Notes under the pieces: model-generated
The model's database searches: none
The model's input: only the letters and a program-made list of their open reading frames with translations
What the model was told of the DNA's origin: nothing
From: Candidatus Woesearchaeota archaeon
GTDB lineage: Archaea > Nanobdellota > Nanobdellia > Pacearchaeales > GW2011-AR1
Assembly (NCBI GenBank): GCA_964448605.1
Contig: CAYUZV010000003.1
Coordinates: forward strand, 33,377-97,376
Direction of reading: 5' to 3'
DNA: 64,000 nucleotides
Shown here: positions 27,434-37,080 of the stretch, one piece after another
How positions within the stretch are numbered: position 1 is the stretch's first letter
Layout: the number at the start of each line of letters is the position of its first letter
Made by a program: the position numbers and the translations under genes

Positions 27434-28099
27434 TTAGTATCTCATTTGAAAACCTGCTCTTAGATATGCTCCTGTTTCTTTGTTATAGCCGGTTCCTATT
27501 GTTAGTTGAGAATTGGGTTTTTGTATTAGTAAGTAAGATGTTCCAATTTCACCTTGACTATTTCCATAAACATTTAATTTTCCTATTTTTGCTTTTGCTT
27601 TTGCATGGAGTTTTTCTTTTTCTGAATCATAACTTAATCCGGTTTGGGTTTTTATTTTTAAATCTGGTCTAATTTTTATTTCAGGATTTTTTATTTTTCT
27701 TACTCTTTTTGCTATTCTTCTTAATTGAGGAAAGGAAACTAAATCTTCTATGCTTTCGAGTGAAATTCTTTCTAAAAAATTTTCTATTCTTTGTGTTTTT
27801 TGTTCAGGTGTTTCATAGGAATAGTTGTTATATAATTGTTTTAATTCATCCTGAATTTTTACATTTTCTATTTTTTCTAATCTTTGATATGTGTTTTGAT
27901 TTATTGCTTCAGAGTATTGGTTTAAAATTTTTTGAGTTCTTGATTGTGTTTCTTGAGGTTTTTCCTGGTAGAAATTTTCTGGAAGTTCTATTTGAGATTC
28001 ATTTAGGATAGGTGTTTGAAGAGGTTTTTCAGCATTAGCATAGCTGGGTGGAATTATTGAGATTGCTCCTGCAATTATTAATTTTAGTAATGTTTTCAT
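27434..28099 (-). CDS. Hypothetical secreted protein
   Basis: Signal-like MKTLLKLIIAGAISIIPPSYANA; beta-rich C-terminus ending in QMRY. Confidence 0.55.
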   Translation of the reverse strand: MKTLLKLIIAGAISIIPPSYANAEKPLQTPILNESQIELPENFYQEKPQETQSRTQKILNQYSEAINQNTYQRLEKIENVKIQDELKQLYNNYSYETPEQKTQRIENFLERISLESIEDLVSFPQLRRIAKRVRKIKNPEIKIRPDLKIKTQTGLSYDSEKEKLHAKAKAKIGKLNVYGNSQGEIGTSYLLIQKPNSQLTIGTGYNKETGAYLRAGFQMRY

Positions 28100-28227
28100 T
28101 TTGTTTATATTTTGTTGTAATTTGTAATTATAAGTTTTTGGGTTTTTGAAGCATAGGTTTATAAACTGATTTTTCTAAGTTTTTATTATTGATGTTAGAG
28201 AAATACTATGCTATTTCTTGATTTAAT

Positions 28228-29565
28228 ATGGAAAAATTTAAACAATTGTTGGAAATTAGTCCTTCATTGCTTTCTGAGATTGAGTCTCGGGGTTTTGAAG
28301 AGCCAACTGAAATACAGGAGAAATCTATTCCAGAGATTTTGGAAGGAAAGGATGTTATAGCAGGTGCTGCGACAGGTTCTGGTAAGACTCTGGCTTTTGC
28401 AACTGGTTTGGTTAATAATGTTAAGAAGGATTATGGTGTTCAGGGTTTGGTTTTGACACCGACTCGGGAACTTGCAGTGCAGGTTGCTCAAGAGATTTCT
28501 GATTTTGCCAGTGAAAAGGATTTGAAAGTTCTTGCAGTTTATGGAGGTGTTTCAATTAATAATCAAATAAGGGGAATTGATTCTTCTGAAATTATAGTAG
28601 GGACTCCAGGTAGGATTTTGGATCATCTTGAAAGGAATTCTATTGATTTGTCTCATGTGAATACTCTTGTTTTGGATGAGGCAGATAGGATGCTTGATAT
28701 GGGTTTTAGAGATGATGTGGATAAGATAATTTCTTCTTGTTCTAAAAATCGACAGACATTGCTTTTTTCTGCTACGATTTCCTCTGATGTTATTATTATG
28801 TCTGAAAAATATATGAATAATCCTGTGGAGGTTTCTGCTAAGAAGTTGATTGACCCTGCGAAGTTGGAGCAGTGTTATTATGATGTTGAAGATGGCTTGA
28901 AGTTTTCTTTGTTAAAATATTTATTGGATGATGAGGATTCTGGGCTTGTTATGGTTTTTTGCAGGACTCGGACTAATGTTGATTTTATTGTGAATAATCT
29001 TCAGAAGATGGGGATAAATGCTGTGGGGATTCATGGAGGTTATACACAGGATAAAAGAAATAGGATTATTAAGAGTTTTCATTCTAATGATAAGCATATT
29101 TTAGTTGCGACTGATGTTGCTGCTCGTGGTTTGGATATTAAGGGAGTTAGTCATGTTTATAATTATGATATTCCAGAGAGTAAGGATGATTATATTCATA
29201 GGATTGGAAGGACTGCTCGGGCTGGAAGTTCTGGAAAGGTTGTGAATATTTTAACTAGTCGTGATTATTCGAATTTTGATATTTTGATGGAAGCAGGATT
29301 TAAAATTGATTCTAAGGATGTTCCTTATATTAAGAAAGTTCAGTTGAAGTGGAGGCCTGTTGCTCGGGGTCGGAGTGGTTCTGGTTCGGGGCGAAGTTTT
29401 GGTGATTCAGGAAGAGGTGGTTCTCGGGGAAGAAGTTCTAATAGGGGAAGAGGTTTTGATAAAAGTTTTCAGGGAAAAAATAGGAAAAAGAATTTTAAGG
29501 GGAAAGGTGGGAGAGATTTTGGGAATAAGGATGGTAAAAAATTTTTTAAGAAGAAATTTAGATAG
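28228..29565 (+). CDS. DEAD-box RNA helicase
   Basis: Q motif GFEEPTEIQ, ATGSGKT, PTRELA, TPGR, DEAD, SAT, ARGLD, HRIGRTAR; RG-rich tail. Confidence 0.95.
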   Translation: MEKFKQLLEISPSLLSEIESRGFEEPTEIQEKSIPEILEGKDVIAGAATGSGKTLAFATGLVNNVKKDYGVQGLVLTPTRELAVQVAQEISDFASEKDLKVLAVYGGVSINNQIRGIDSSEIIVGTPGRILDHLERNSIDLSHVNTLVLDEADRMLDMGFRDDVDKIISSCSKNRQTLLFSATISSDVIIMSEKYMNNPVEVSAKKLIDPAKLEQCYYDVEDGLKFSLLKYLLDDEDSGLVMVFCRTRTNVDFIVNNLQKMGINAVGIHGGYTQDKRNRIIKSFHSNDKHILVATDVAARGLDIKGVSHVYNYDIPESKDDYIHRIGRTARAGSSGKVVNILTSRDYSNFDILMEAGFKIDSKDVPYIKKVQLKWRPVARGRSGSGSGRSFGDSGRGGSRGRSSNRGRGFDKSFQGKNRKKNFKGKGGRDFGNKDGKKFFKKKFR

Positions 29566-29594
29566 TTTTAAAAAGTGAGTTTTATTTTGTTTTT

Positions 29595-30116
29595 ATGAAC
29601 ATAAAGGAATTGGAAGATGTTGAAATTACAACTGATAGTTTATACAAGGATTTTTTGAAGGATTGTTATGATTATGCTTCTGGAAGTAATCATCCTTCTA
29701 CACATACAGGAGCATTGCTTGTTGGTGATGATGGAATTGTTTTGAGAGGTAGAAATGTTTTACCACCTGGTGTTAAAAATTTAAAGGAAAGATTTGAAGG
29801 GCAGAATAAACATATGTATCCTAATCATGTTGAGAGAGATTTAATTTATAAGGCTGCTAGAAAGGGTATTAAAACAGAGGGATTGACAATGGTTATGCCT
29901 TGGCTTCCCTGTATTCCTTGTGCTAATGCAATAATTAGTTCGGGTATTGATAGATTAGTTGTTCATAAGCAAATGATTGAAAGAACAAGGGAAGGATGGC
30001 AAGGAGAATTAAAAAATGCTGTTAGAGTTATGAGAGAGGCAAAAGTTGAAATTATTGCTTATGATGGAGTTGTGGGTGCAAAAGCTTATATGCATAGTCA
30101 GGAATGGGATGCTTGA
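29595..30116 (+). CDS. dCMP/cytidine deaminase-family protein
   Basis: Zn-binding HVE and PCIPC motifs. Confidence 0.8.
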   Translation: MNIKELEDVEITTDSLYKDFLKDCYDYASGSNHPSTHTGALLVGDDGIVLRGRNVLPPGVKNLKERFEGQNKHMYPNHVERDLIYKAARKGIKTEGLTMVMPWLPCIPCANAIISSGIDRLVVHKQMIERTREGWQGELKNAVRVMREAKVEIIAYDGVVGAKAYMHSQEWDA

Positions 30117-30220
30117 AATTTTGAAGTTTTAGGTTCTGGATAGTTCAAGAATTTGAACCTGCAACACTGGTGAAAATCTTGTTAAGAGAATTACAATATC
30201 ACTGTATGCGATATTGATAT

Positions 30221-30294
30221 GCCCCCGACAGGATTTGAACCTGCGACACCGTGATTAAGAGTCACGTGCTCTAACCAGACTGAGCTACGGGAGC
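30221..30294 (-). tRNA. tRNA-Lys (anticodon CTT)
   Basis: GCTCCCGTAGCTCAGTCTGGTTAGAGCACGTGACTCTTAATCACGGTGTCGCAGGTTCAAATCCTGTCGGGGGC folds as a cloverleaf; anticodon loop CTCTTAA; CCA not encoded. Confidence 0.95.
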
Positions 30295-30412
30295 ATAATA
30301 TTTCTATAATTGCAGGTTTTAAAAAGATATTGGATTTTGTTGAAAACCTCTGAAAATTGATTACTACTTGATAATTACGAAAGATTTAAAAAGGTTTATT
30401 CTATAATTTTTT

Positions 30413-30547
30413 ATGGAAAATATAGAAGCAAATATTATCCGTTCTTTTGCAGAAGTGAGAAAGGATATTTCTGAATTGAGGAACGAAGTAAATGAATTAA
30501 AAGATTCTTTGAAGGTAAATAAATCTACTAAGGGAAGGAAAAAATGA
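30413..30547 (+). CDS. Small coiled-coil protein (44 aa, not in the ORF track)
   Basis: MENIEANIIRSFAEVRKDISELRNEVNELKDSLKVNKSTKGRKK*; TATA TTTAAAAA upstream. Confidence 0.65.
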   Translation: MENIEANIIRSFAEVRKDISELRNEVNELKDSLKVNKSTKGRKK

Positions 30548-30705
30548 GTCTTGAAAATAATTTGAGAATTTCTTTTGCAGAGGTTAGAAAAGATATTTTA
30601 GAGATTAAGAATCAGATTATACAGCTTGCTGAAGGGATTGAGAAAGTTGAGGCACAGGTGAGTGAGTTGAAATCTGTTAAGAAGAGTTCTAGGAAGAGGA
30701 AATAG
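30544..30705 (+). CDS. Small coiled-coil protein (53 aa), paralogue of the previous gene
   Basis: MSLENNLRISFAEVRKDILEIKNQILQLAEGIEKVEAQVSELKSVKKSSRKRK*; ATGA overlap with the previous gene. Confidence 0.65.
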   Translation: MSLENNLRISFAEVRKDILEIKNQIIQLAEGIEKVEAQVSELKSVKKSSRKRK

Positions 30706-30895
30706 AATATCGATGAAAATAGTTCCTGTTAAATGTCCTAAGTTGAATATTCGTTGGAATGAAGGATCTGATAAACCGGTTTCTGTTGAAGCTCTTGTTG
30801 GACTTGCTATTTTAGTCCTGAAATATATAATGGTTTTGGTCAATGATATTCTCTGTTCCAATACCATTAATCCTTATTGTTGTTTAAGATAGTGA

Positions 30896-31204
30896 TTAAT
30901 GATATTCTCGCCAAGTATGCTTGCATTTTGTGCATCTGAAGAATTTGGTTTCTGCTTCGTCGCCGGCTCTTGTTTGAGATGTCCAGAAGTATGCTTCTTT
31001 GTTGTTGCATTTTGGACAATTAGCATTTGTTATTGGGAAAACATCTGTGTCTTTGTCTGATATGACTCCGATTTTGGGTTTTCTTTGAATGTTTTCAGAA
31101 GATTCTATTTTAACTTTTGATTTAGGAGTGTAACCACATCTGGGACATCCGAAGTTCTTTCTTTTTTCTACTAAAACACAACCGCACTTTGGACAAAATT
31201 CCAT
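30896..31204 (-). CDS. tfs: Transcription factor S (TFS / RpoM family)
   Basis: MEFCPKCG..CPRC and CPKC..QTRAGDEAETKFFRCTKC. Confidence 0.9.
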   Translation of the reverse strand: MEFCPKCGCVLVEKRKNFGCPRCGYTPKSKVKIESSENIQRKPKIGVISDKDTDVFPITNANCPKCNNKEAYFWTSQTRAGDEAETKFFRCTKCKHTWREYH

Positions 31205-31383
31205 ATTTAACCTCTGGTATTTTTAACCTTTTTAATTAATTTCTGTTATTTAAAAATGTTTCTATGGTTTGATGTTGTGTTTTTTGTTTGCAGTTGGCTT
31301 TACTGAAATGTTTGCGATATTTATTAGTAATTGGTAAAATTTTATGAGTTGATTAGTGGGAGATTTATTTTATTAGGGATGTT

Positions 31384-32115
31384 TTATCCAAATAATTGAA
31401 AAAATCCTTTTAGGATTTCAACAACAATTATTTTGAACCATCCTAAAAGAGGTATTTTGAAAATAACTTTTCCAATTATTTGTTCTTGAGTTATTTCTGT
31501 TTCGTCTGTTTTGTAGATGTTGTTGTTTTGTTTTAGTTGTTCTTTGTTGTGGTCTCCTTTTGTTTCAATTACTAGGTTTTTGTTTTCTTTGATTTCAACT
31601 ATTCTATGGACAATTGGACGAGGTGCTGTTGATTCTTTGTTTGGTTTGAATATGATTATGTCTCCGATTTTAGGTGTGAATCTTCCCCAGACAATTACAA
31701 TGTCTCCTTTTCTGAATCCGTTTTTTAGAGGGAAGTTGGAGAATTCTTCTTTTGTTATTCCATTGTTTTCATACCAATTTCCGCAGTTTTCCCAGTATTT
31801 CTCGAAATTAATATATTCTTTTTCTTCTTTTGTGAATGTGTTTCCACACAAATTTAGGGTTCCATAGTCACTTGGGACAATCTGATGGTCCATGCTTGAT
31901 GATTCAACTCCTGCAAGGGGAAGAGATGTTCCGAACATTAGAGATAGTCCTGGAAAAAATAAGAATTTGACAAATATATAAATTATTGCTAAGGCGATTA
32001 TCCAGCTTAGTATTGAATTTGAATTCCAAATCCAGTCCCATGTTTTTTTTACATTTTTATAGAATTTTTTGAATTCACTTTTTTCTTCTGAAATTTTTTC
32101 TTCAATATATTCCAT
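31384..32115 (-). CDS. Signal peptidase I (S26, archaeal type)
   Basis: TM helix, VESSSM, GDIVIV, IVHRIV, TKGDHN, IIGKV. Confidence 0.85.
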   Translation of the reverse strand: MEYIEEKISEEKSEFKKFYKNVKKTWDWIWNSNSILSWIIALAIIYIFVKFLFFPGLSLMFGTSLPLAGVESSSMDHQIVPSDYGTLNLCGNTFTKEEKEYINFEKYWENCGNWYENNGITKEEFSNFPLKNGFRKGDIVIVWGRFTPKIGDIIIFKPNKESTAPRPIVHRIVEIKENKNLVIETKGDHNKEQLKQNNNIYKTDETEITQEQIIGKVIFKIPLLGWFKIIVVEILKGFFQLFG

Positions 32116-32160
32116 GGATATTATAGAGAAATAGGTTTTTAAAATGTTGTTGTTTGTTTA

Positions 32161-32955
32161 TTATCTTTTTTCAGGAACTGGTAAGGTTGGTGTTTCTTCT
32201 TGCTTTGGTTTCCATTTTGGAGCAAGAGTAGGTGTTTGAGAAGGTTTCCAAGTTTTTGGTTGAGATTCTACTGCTGGTTCACAAACAGGAGGTTGATAAG
32301 CAGGTTCACAAGTTGGACAAGTTGGTTGAACTGGTTCACAAACATATGGAACATTGCAATCTCTCATTCTTCTTCTATTTTTTATTGCTTGTTTTACTCT
32401 TTGGTGGTGCTCTCTTACATCTTCGCAGAATTCTTTACTTTCTTCTTTTAATTCTTCGCAAATTTCTCTGCCTGCTCTTTTTAAAAATCTCATATTTCTT
32501 TCATGGAAATTTTCTAAACAATTCATATTTCTTTTATGTTGTTTTCCTATTTTATCTGATAATTTTTTAATACATGATTCATCATAATTGAAATCTACAT
32601 CATATCCTTCTGTAACTGTTTTTCTTTCACAGTGTTCTTCAAGGATTATTTTAGGATGGTAAAATGTTTTAGGTTCACCACATTCTGATTGACATTGCAT
32701 TTCTTCAAGGACACATTTTGGAGTTGTATAGCAACATTCAACATCTCTTTCAACTGGTGTGAATGTCCATCCTCCAATCTTTTTTTGTTTAGATAAATCA
32801 GAATAACAACCTTCGCAATATTCATTTCTTCCTGATTCATAGAATTGCCGAGATGATTGTGCTTCAGCAGGTTTTCCAGAAAGTCCTAATCCAGAAAGTT
32901 CTAATGCAAGTGCAAATCCTCCTACAATTCTAGCAAGTTTAGTTTTTGTTTTCAT
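32161..32955 (-). CDS. Hypothetical secreted Cys/Pro-rich protein
   Basis: Signal-like N-terminus ending AEA; VCEP/TCEP repeats. Confidence 0.55.
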   Translation of the reverse strand: MKTKTKLARIVGGFALALELSGLGLSGKPAEAQSSRQFYESGRNEYCEGCYSDLSKQKKIGGWTFTPVERDVECCYTTPKCVLEEMQCQSECGEPKTFYHPKIILEEHCERKTVTEGYDVDFNYDESCIKKLSDKIGKQHKRNMNCLENFHERNMRFLKRAGREICEELKEESKEFCEDVREHHQRVKQAIKNRRRMRDCNVPYVCEPVQPTCPTCEPAYQPPVCEPAVESQPKTWKPSQTPTLAPKWKPKQEETPTLPVPEKR

Positions 32956-33252
32956 CTTGATATTTTGAAGAATAACTTATATATAAATTTTTTTGTCAGA
33001 ATTTGTTATTAAGTGGTAGTTAAAATTCGAAGGAAAATTATATACTTGAAAATAGAAAACTTTATAAACGTCTACATCTTGTATATACCAGAATGTATAC
33101 ACTTCGGTTGTTTTACATTCGACAAACACCTCTTTTCCCCAGAAAAGTTAAGACATGGTTTTTCATGACACTGGCTTTTACTGGGTTTAAAAACTTGAAA
33201 ATGGGAATAGAAAATAAAGATGATGAATGGGAAGTTGAAATTGATTTGAAAA

Positions 33253-33615
33253 ATGACAGATATTTTTGATAACAAGATAATTTGCAAGAATTGTGATATG
33301 GAGATGGAGCCAATCAAAGTTAGTAGGTCGGGATTGGTTTTAAGGGCAGTTGAGTGTCCGAAATGTTCAAGTAGAATTATTCATCCAAAAGATGAACAAG
33401 AGTATAATGATTTTATTAAGTTGAGGAAAAAGAAGTTTAATGTTAAGATGAGGTTTGTGGGGAATTCTTATGCTGTTTCAATTCCGCGGGAAATAGTTAA
33501 TTTTATAAAGGAGCAAGAAAAGGTTATGGATAATATGGTTAGATTATGTTTTGAGGATTTTGGAAGAATTAGTCTTAATTTTGGAAAAGGAAATAAGGGG
33601 GTTGAAGTAAAATGA
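33253..33615 (+). CDS. Zn-ribbon + AbrB-like DNA-binding protein
   Basis: CKNC..CPKC followed by VKMRFVGNSYAVSIPREIV. Confidence 0.7.
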   Translation: MTDIFDNKIICKNCDMEMEPIKVSRSGLVLRAVECPKCSSRIIHPKDEQEYNDFIKLRKKKFNVKMRFVGNSYAVSIPREIVNFIKEQEKVMDNMVRLCFEDFGRISLNFGKGNKGVEVK

Positions 33616-35900
33616 GTTCAGGAGTCAAGTTAAGAGTTGCTGAAGCATTGCAGGATGATGCATACAGGGGAATTGCGAGAATTGATTTTGAAGTTATGAA
33701 AGAGTTAGGGATTAGGAGAGGAGATATAATTAAGATTAAAGGTGGAAAGGAGACAGTTGCAATTGCTGACAAGGCATATCCTGCTGATATTGGTGAGGGG
33801 ATTATTCGGATTGATGGAATTATTCGGAGAAATTCGAGAACAGGTGTTAGTGAGAATGTTGTTGTCACTAAAGCAGATGTTAAGGAGGCGAAGAGAGTTG
33901 TTGTTGCACCTGCTCAAAAAGGTATTCGTGTTCAGGGTGATTTAAAACCTGGTTTATTGGGAAGAGCTATTTTAAAAGGTGATATTCTTGTTTTAGGAAA
34001 TATTCAAAGAAGAAGAGATTTAACAGGAGGAGATATGGATATGGATGATATTTTTGGAGGTTTGAATGATTTTTTTGGTGGAATGGGTTTGGGTAATTTG
34101 GGTGGTGGAATGCAACAGGTTAGATTTATTATTTCAAATGTTAGTCCGAATTCACCTTGCATAGTTACTGAAAATACTGAAGTTGTTTTAACTAATAAGC
34201 CAGTAGAGATTAGTGATGAAGTTATTCCTGAAATTACTTATGAAGATATTGGTGGTTTAGGTGAGGAGGTTAAGAAGATTAGAGAGATGGTTGAAGTTCC
34301 GTTAAAACATCCTGAGATATTTGAGAAATTGGGTGTTGAACCTCCGAAAGGAGTTTTACTTCATGGACCTCCTGGAACTGGTAAGACACTTTTGGCTAAG
34401 GCAGTTGCAAATGAATCTGATGCTAATTTTATTTTATTAAATGGTCCAGAGTGTATGAGCAAGTTTTATGGAGAGTCTGAAAAAAAGATTCGTGATATTT
34501 TTGAAGATGCTGAAAAGAATTCTCCTTCAATTATTTTTATTGATGAAATTGATGCAATTGCTCCTCAAAGAGAGGATGTTGGAGGAGAGGTTGAGAGGAG
34601 AGTTGTTAGTCAGTTATTGACTATGATGGATGGTTTGCAGTCAAGGGGCAAGGTTGTTGTTATGGCTGCGACAAATAGATTAAATTCAATTGACCCTGCA
34701 TTAAGGAGACCTGGAAGGTTTGATAGAGAAGTTGAAATAAGAGCTCCTGATAAAAAGGGCAGATTGCAGGTTTTGAAAATTCATACTCGTGGAATGCCTT
34801 TGACAAAAGATGTTAATTTAGAAGCTATTGCAGGAGTTACTCATGGTTTTGTTGGTGCTGATTTGTCTGCATTAGCAAAAGAAGCTGCAATGGTTGTTTT
34901 GAGGAGAGTTTTGCCTAAATTAGAATTGAAAGAAGGTGATGAAATTCCTGAAGATTTTTTAAAGGATTTGATAGTTAGAAAAAAGGATTTTGATGAAGCA
35001 TTAAAGGTTGTTAGACCAAGTGCTATGAGAGAGGTTTTGGTTGAAACTCCTAATGTTGGATGGAATGATGTTGGTGGTTTGATTAAAATTAAACAAGAAT
35101 TAAAGGAAGCTGTTGAATGGCCTTTGAAATATCCAGATGCTTTTAAGAGAATGGGAATTAAAGCACCTAAGGGTATTTTGTTGTATGGACCTCCTGGAAC
35201 AGGTAAGACACTTTTGGCAAAGGCGATTGCTAAGGAATCTGAATCTAATTTTATTTCAGTTAAGGGTCCTGAATTATTGAGCAAGTGGGTTAATGATTCT
35301 CATAAAGGTGTTCAAAAGATTTTTAATCGTGCTAGGCAGGTTGCACCTTGCATTGTTTTGATTGATGAGTTAGAGTCAATTGCGAGTAAGAGAGGTTCTG
35401 AAAATGCTTCGGGTCAAGAAGGGACTAAAGTTTTGAATCAGTTGCTTTCAGAAATGGATGGTTTAGAGGATTTGAAGGATGTGGTTGTTGTTGCAACAAC
35501 TAATCGTCCTGATATGCTTGATAGTGCAATACTAAGACCTGGAAGGTTTGACAGAATTTTGTTAGTTAGTTCACCTGAAAAAGAAGGTCGTGAACAGATT
35601 TTTAATATTCATACAAAAGATATGCCTTTGTGCAAGGATGTTAATGCTGGTAAAATAATTAATTGCACAGAAGGATATGTTGGAGCTGATATTGAGTCAT
35701 TTGTGCGAGAGGCAGGTATGCTTTCACTTCGTGAAGATATTGAGAATAAAGAAGTTAAAATGAAACATTTTGAAGAAGCATTAAAAAAAGTTGCACCTTC
35801 AGTAACTAAATCAGATATGGATAGGTATAGGCGGATTGAAACAGAGTATTTGAAATCTGCAAAATCTGCTTTGGAAAAACCTATTGAGTATTTGGGATGA
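33612..35900 (+). CDS. cdc48: CDC48/VAT-family AAA+ ATPase (copy 1)
   Basis: N domain plus two AAA modules (GPPGTGKT x2, [28 protein letters not shown]). Confidence 0.95.
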   Translation: MSSGVKLRVAEALQDDAYRGIARIDFEVMKELGIRRGDIIKIKGGKETVAIADKAYPADIGEGIIRIDGIIRRNSRTGVSENVVVTKADVKEAKRVVVAPAQKGIRVQGDLKPGLLGRAILKGDILVLGNIQRRRDLTGGDMDMDDIFGGLNDFFGGMGLGNLGGGMQQVRFIISNVSPNSPCIVTENTEVVLTNKPVEISDEVIPEITYEDIGGLGEEVKKIREMVEVPLKHPEIFEKLGVEPPKGVLLHGPPGTGKTLLAKAVANESDANFILLNGPECMSKFYGESEKKIRDIFEDAEKNSPSIIFIDEIDAIAPQREDVGGEVERRVVSQLLTMMDGLQSRGKVVVMAATNRLNSIDPALRRPGRFDREVEIRAPDKKGRLQVLKIHTRGMPLTKDVNLEAIAGVTHGFVGADLSALAKEAAMVVLRRVLPKLELKEGDEIPEDFLKDLIVRKKDFDEALKVVRPSAMREVLVETPNVGWNDVGGLIKIKQELKEAVEWPLKYPDAFKRMGIKAPKGILLYGPPGTGKTLLAKAIAKESESNFISVKGPELLSKWVNDSHKGVQKIFNRARQVAPCIVLIDELESIASKRGSENASGQEGTKVLNQLLSEMDGLEDLKDVVVVATTNRPDMLDSAILRPGRFDRILLVSSPEKEGREQIFNIHTKDMPLCKDVNAGKIINCTEGYVGADIESFVREAGMLSLREDIENKEVKMKHFEEALKKVAPSVTKSDMDRYRRIETEYLKSAKSALEKPIEYLG

Positions 35901-36067
35901 AATGTAAATGTGGAAATGAGATTGAGATGAAAATGGGTTCAAAGTTAGTATCAAAAGGATGTAAGGTTTTAACTGCTATGACAGTTATAGTCACAGGGCA
36001 GTGTGAGAAATGCGGTTCAATCTTTCAAGTTCCAATTAAAAGTGATGGAGTAAGTGTGGAGAGATAA
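35897..36067 (+). CDS. Small Zn-finger-like protein (56 aa, not in the ORF track)
   Basis: MKCKCG..GQCEKCG; overlaps the cdc48 stop. Confidence 0.55.
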   Translation: MKCKCGNEIEMKMGSKLVSKGCKVLTAMTVIVTGQCEKCGSIFQVPIKSDGVSVER

Positions 36068-36068
36068 G

Positions 36069-36212
36069 ATGGTAGAATATTGTTCAGGATGCAGTGGGCA
36101 AGGATGTTCGAGTGGATATTCTGTTAATCCTGCTGGAAGTTATAATGAGTTAAATAAATCTTATGGGGAGCAGTCTTATGAGGTTAATCTTGTGAGATAT
36201 GATGTGATGTAA
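36069..36212 (+). CDS. Small hypothetical protein (47 aa)
   Basis: MVEYCSGCSGQGCSSG..; fills the gap in the operon with 1-nt spacers. Confidence 0.4.
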   Translation: MVEYCSGCSGQGCSSGYSVNPAGSYNELNKSYGEQSYEVNLVRYDVM

Positions 36213-36213
36213 A

Positions 36214-36687
36214 ATGGCATGGGATTCAGATTTGGGAAGAGATATGAAAAGATTGAAAAGACAGATGAAGAGATTTTTTAGAGATTGGGGTTTTGATAGA
36301 GATGTTATTGATTTAAGAGATGAAGTTGATGAGAGTTTTGATAGAAGTGAGTTTAAGGGTTCTAGGAAAGCAAGAATGGATTTTAGAGAGGAGAATGGAA
36401 AATATGTTTTAGAAGTTGAACTTCCTGGTGTTGATAAAGAGGATATTTCTTTGAATGTTTCTGATGGCAGAGTTGAGATTAGGGCTGGGAAGAAAAAAGA
36501 GGATAGAGATGAAGGCGAGGGTTCTTATAGTTATTCCCAGAGTTTTGTTGGTTTTCATAGGATTGTTGAATTGCCTGAGAATGCTGATTGTGATAGTGTA
36601 GACGCAAATTATAAAAATGGTATTTTATTAATTAAAATATCAAAAAAAGAAAAAGATTTTGATAAAAGGGAGGTTGAAATAAAATGA
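36214..36687 (+). CDS. Small heat-shock protein (Hsp20/alpha-crystallin)
   Basis: VELPGVDKEDI..FHRIVELP..ANYKNGILLIKI. Confidence 0.9.
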   Translation: MAWDSDLGRDMKRLKRQMKRFFRDWGFDRDVIDLRDEVDESFDRSEFKGSRKARMDFREENGKYVLEVELPGVDKEDISLNVSDGRVEIRAGKKKEDRDEGEGSYSYSQSFVGFHRIVELPENADCDSVDANYKNGILLIKISKKEKDFDKREVEIK

Positions 36688-37079
36688 ATCCATTTGATGA
36701 TGATTTTGGAAGCAGTCCTTTTGACGAGTTAGTTAGAGAGTTTTTTGGACCGAATGTTCAGAGAAGACATAACACGATTATAAAAGGTGAAGAGGAAGAT
36801 AGGAGTATTGATTATGTTGAGGATAAGGATTATATTTATCTTGTTTTTGAATTGCCTGGTTATGATGAAGATGATGTTGATGTTAAGGTGAGGGGCAAGG
36901 AGCTTGAGGTTTCTGCGAGTAAGAAAGGATGCAAGGTTGATAAGGTTCAGAGTTATCTTTCACAGAAATTATGCAAGGGTTTGCATTTTAAGAAGTTTCT
37001 TCCTAATTTTATTAATCCAAATAAATCAAAGCATAGTTTTAAGAATGGTGTGCTGGAGATAAAGTTTAATAAGAGATAA
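36684..37079 (+). CDS. Hsp20-like protein
   Basis: FELPGYDEDDVDVKV..SFKNGVLEIKF. Confidence 0.8.
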   Translation: MNPFDDDFGSSPFDELVREFFGPNVQRRHNTIIKGEEEDRSIDYVEDKDYIYLVFELPGYDEDDVDVKVRGKELEVSASKKGCKVDKVQSYLSQKLCKGLHFKKFLPNFINPNKSKHSFKNGVLEIKFNKR

Positions 37080-37080
37080 A

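Noticed and set aside
30598-30867. 89-aa minus-strand ORF
   Set aside because: It overlaps the better-supported + strand SFAEVRKDI micro-protein pair.
34020-34110. Gly/Met/Asp/Phe-rich insert in the CDC48 N domain
   Set aside because: Similar low-complexity loops are common in archaeal CDC48/VAT proteins.
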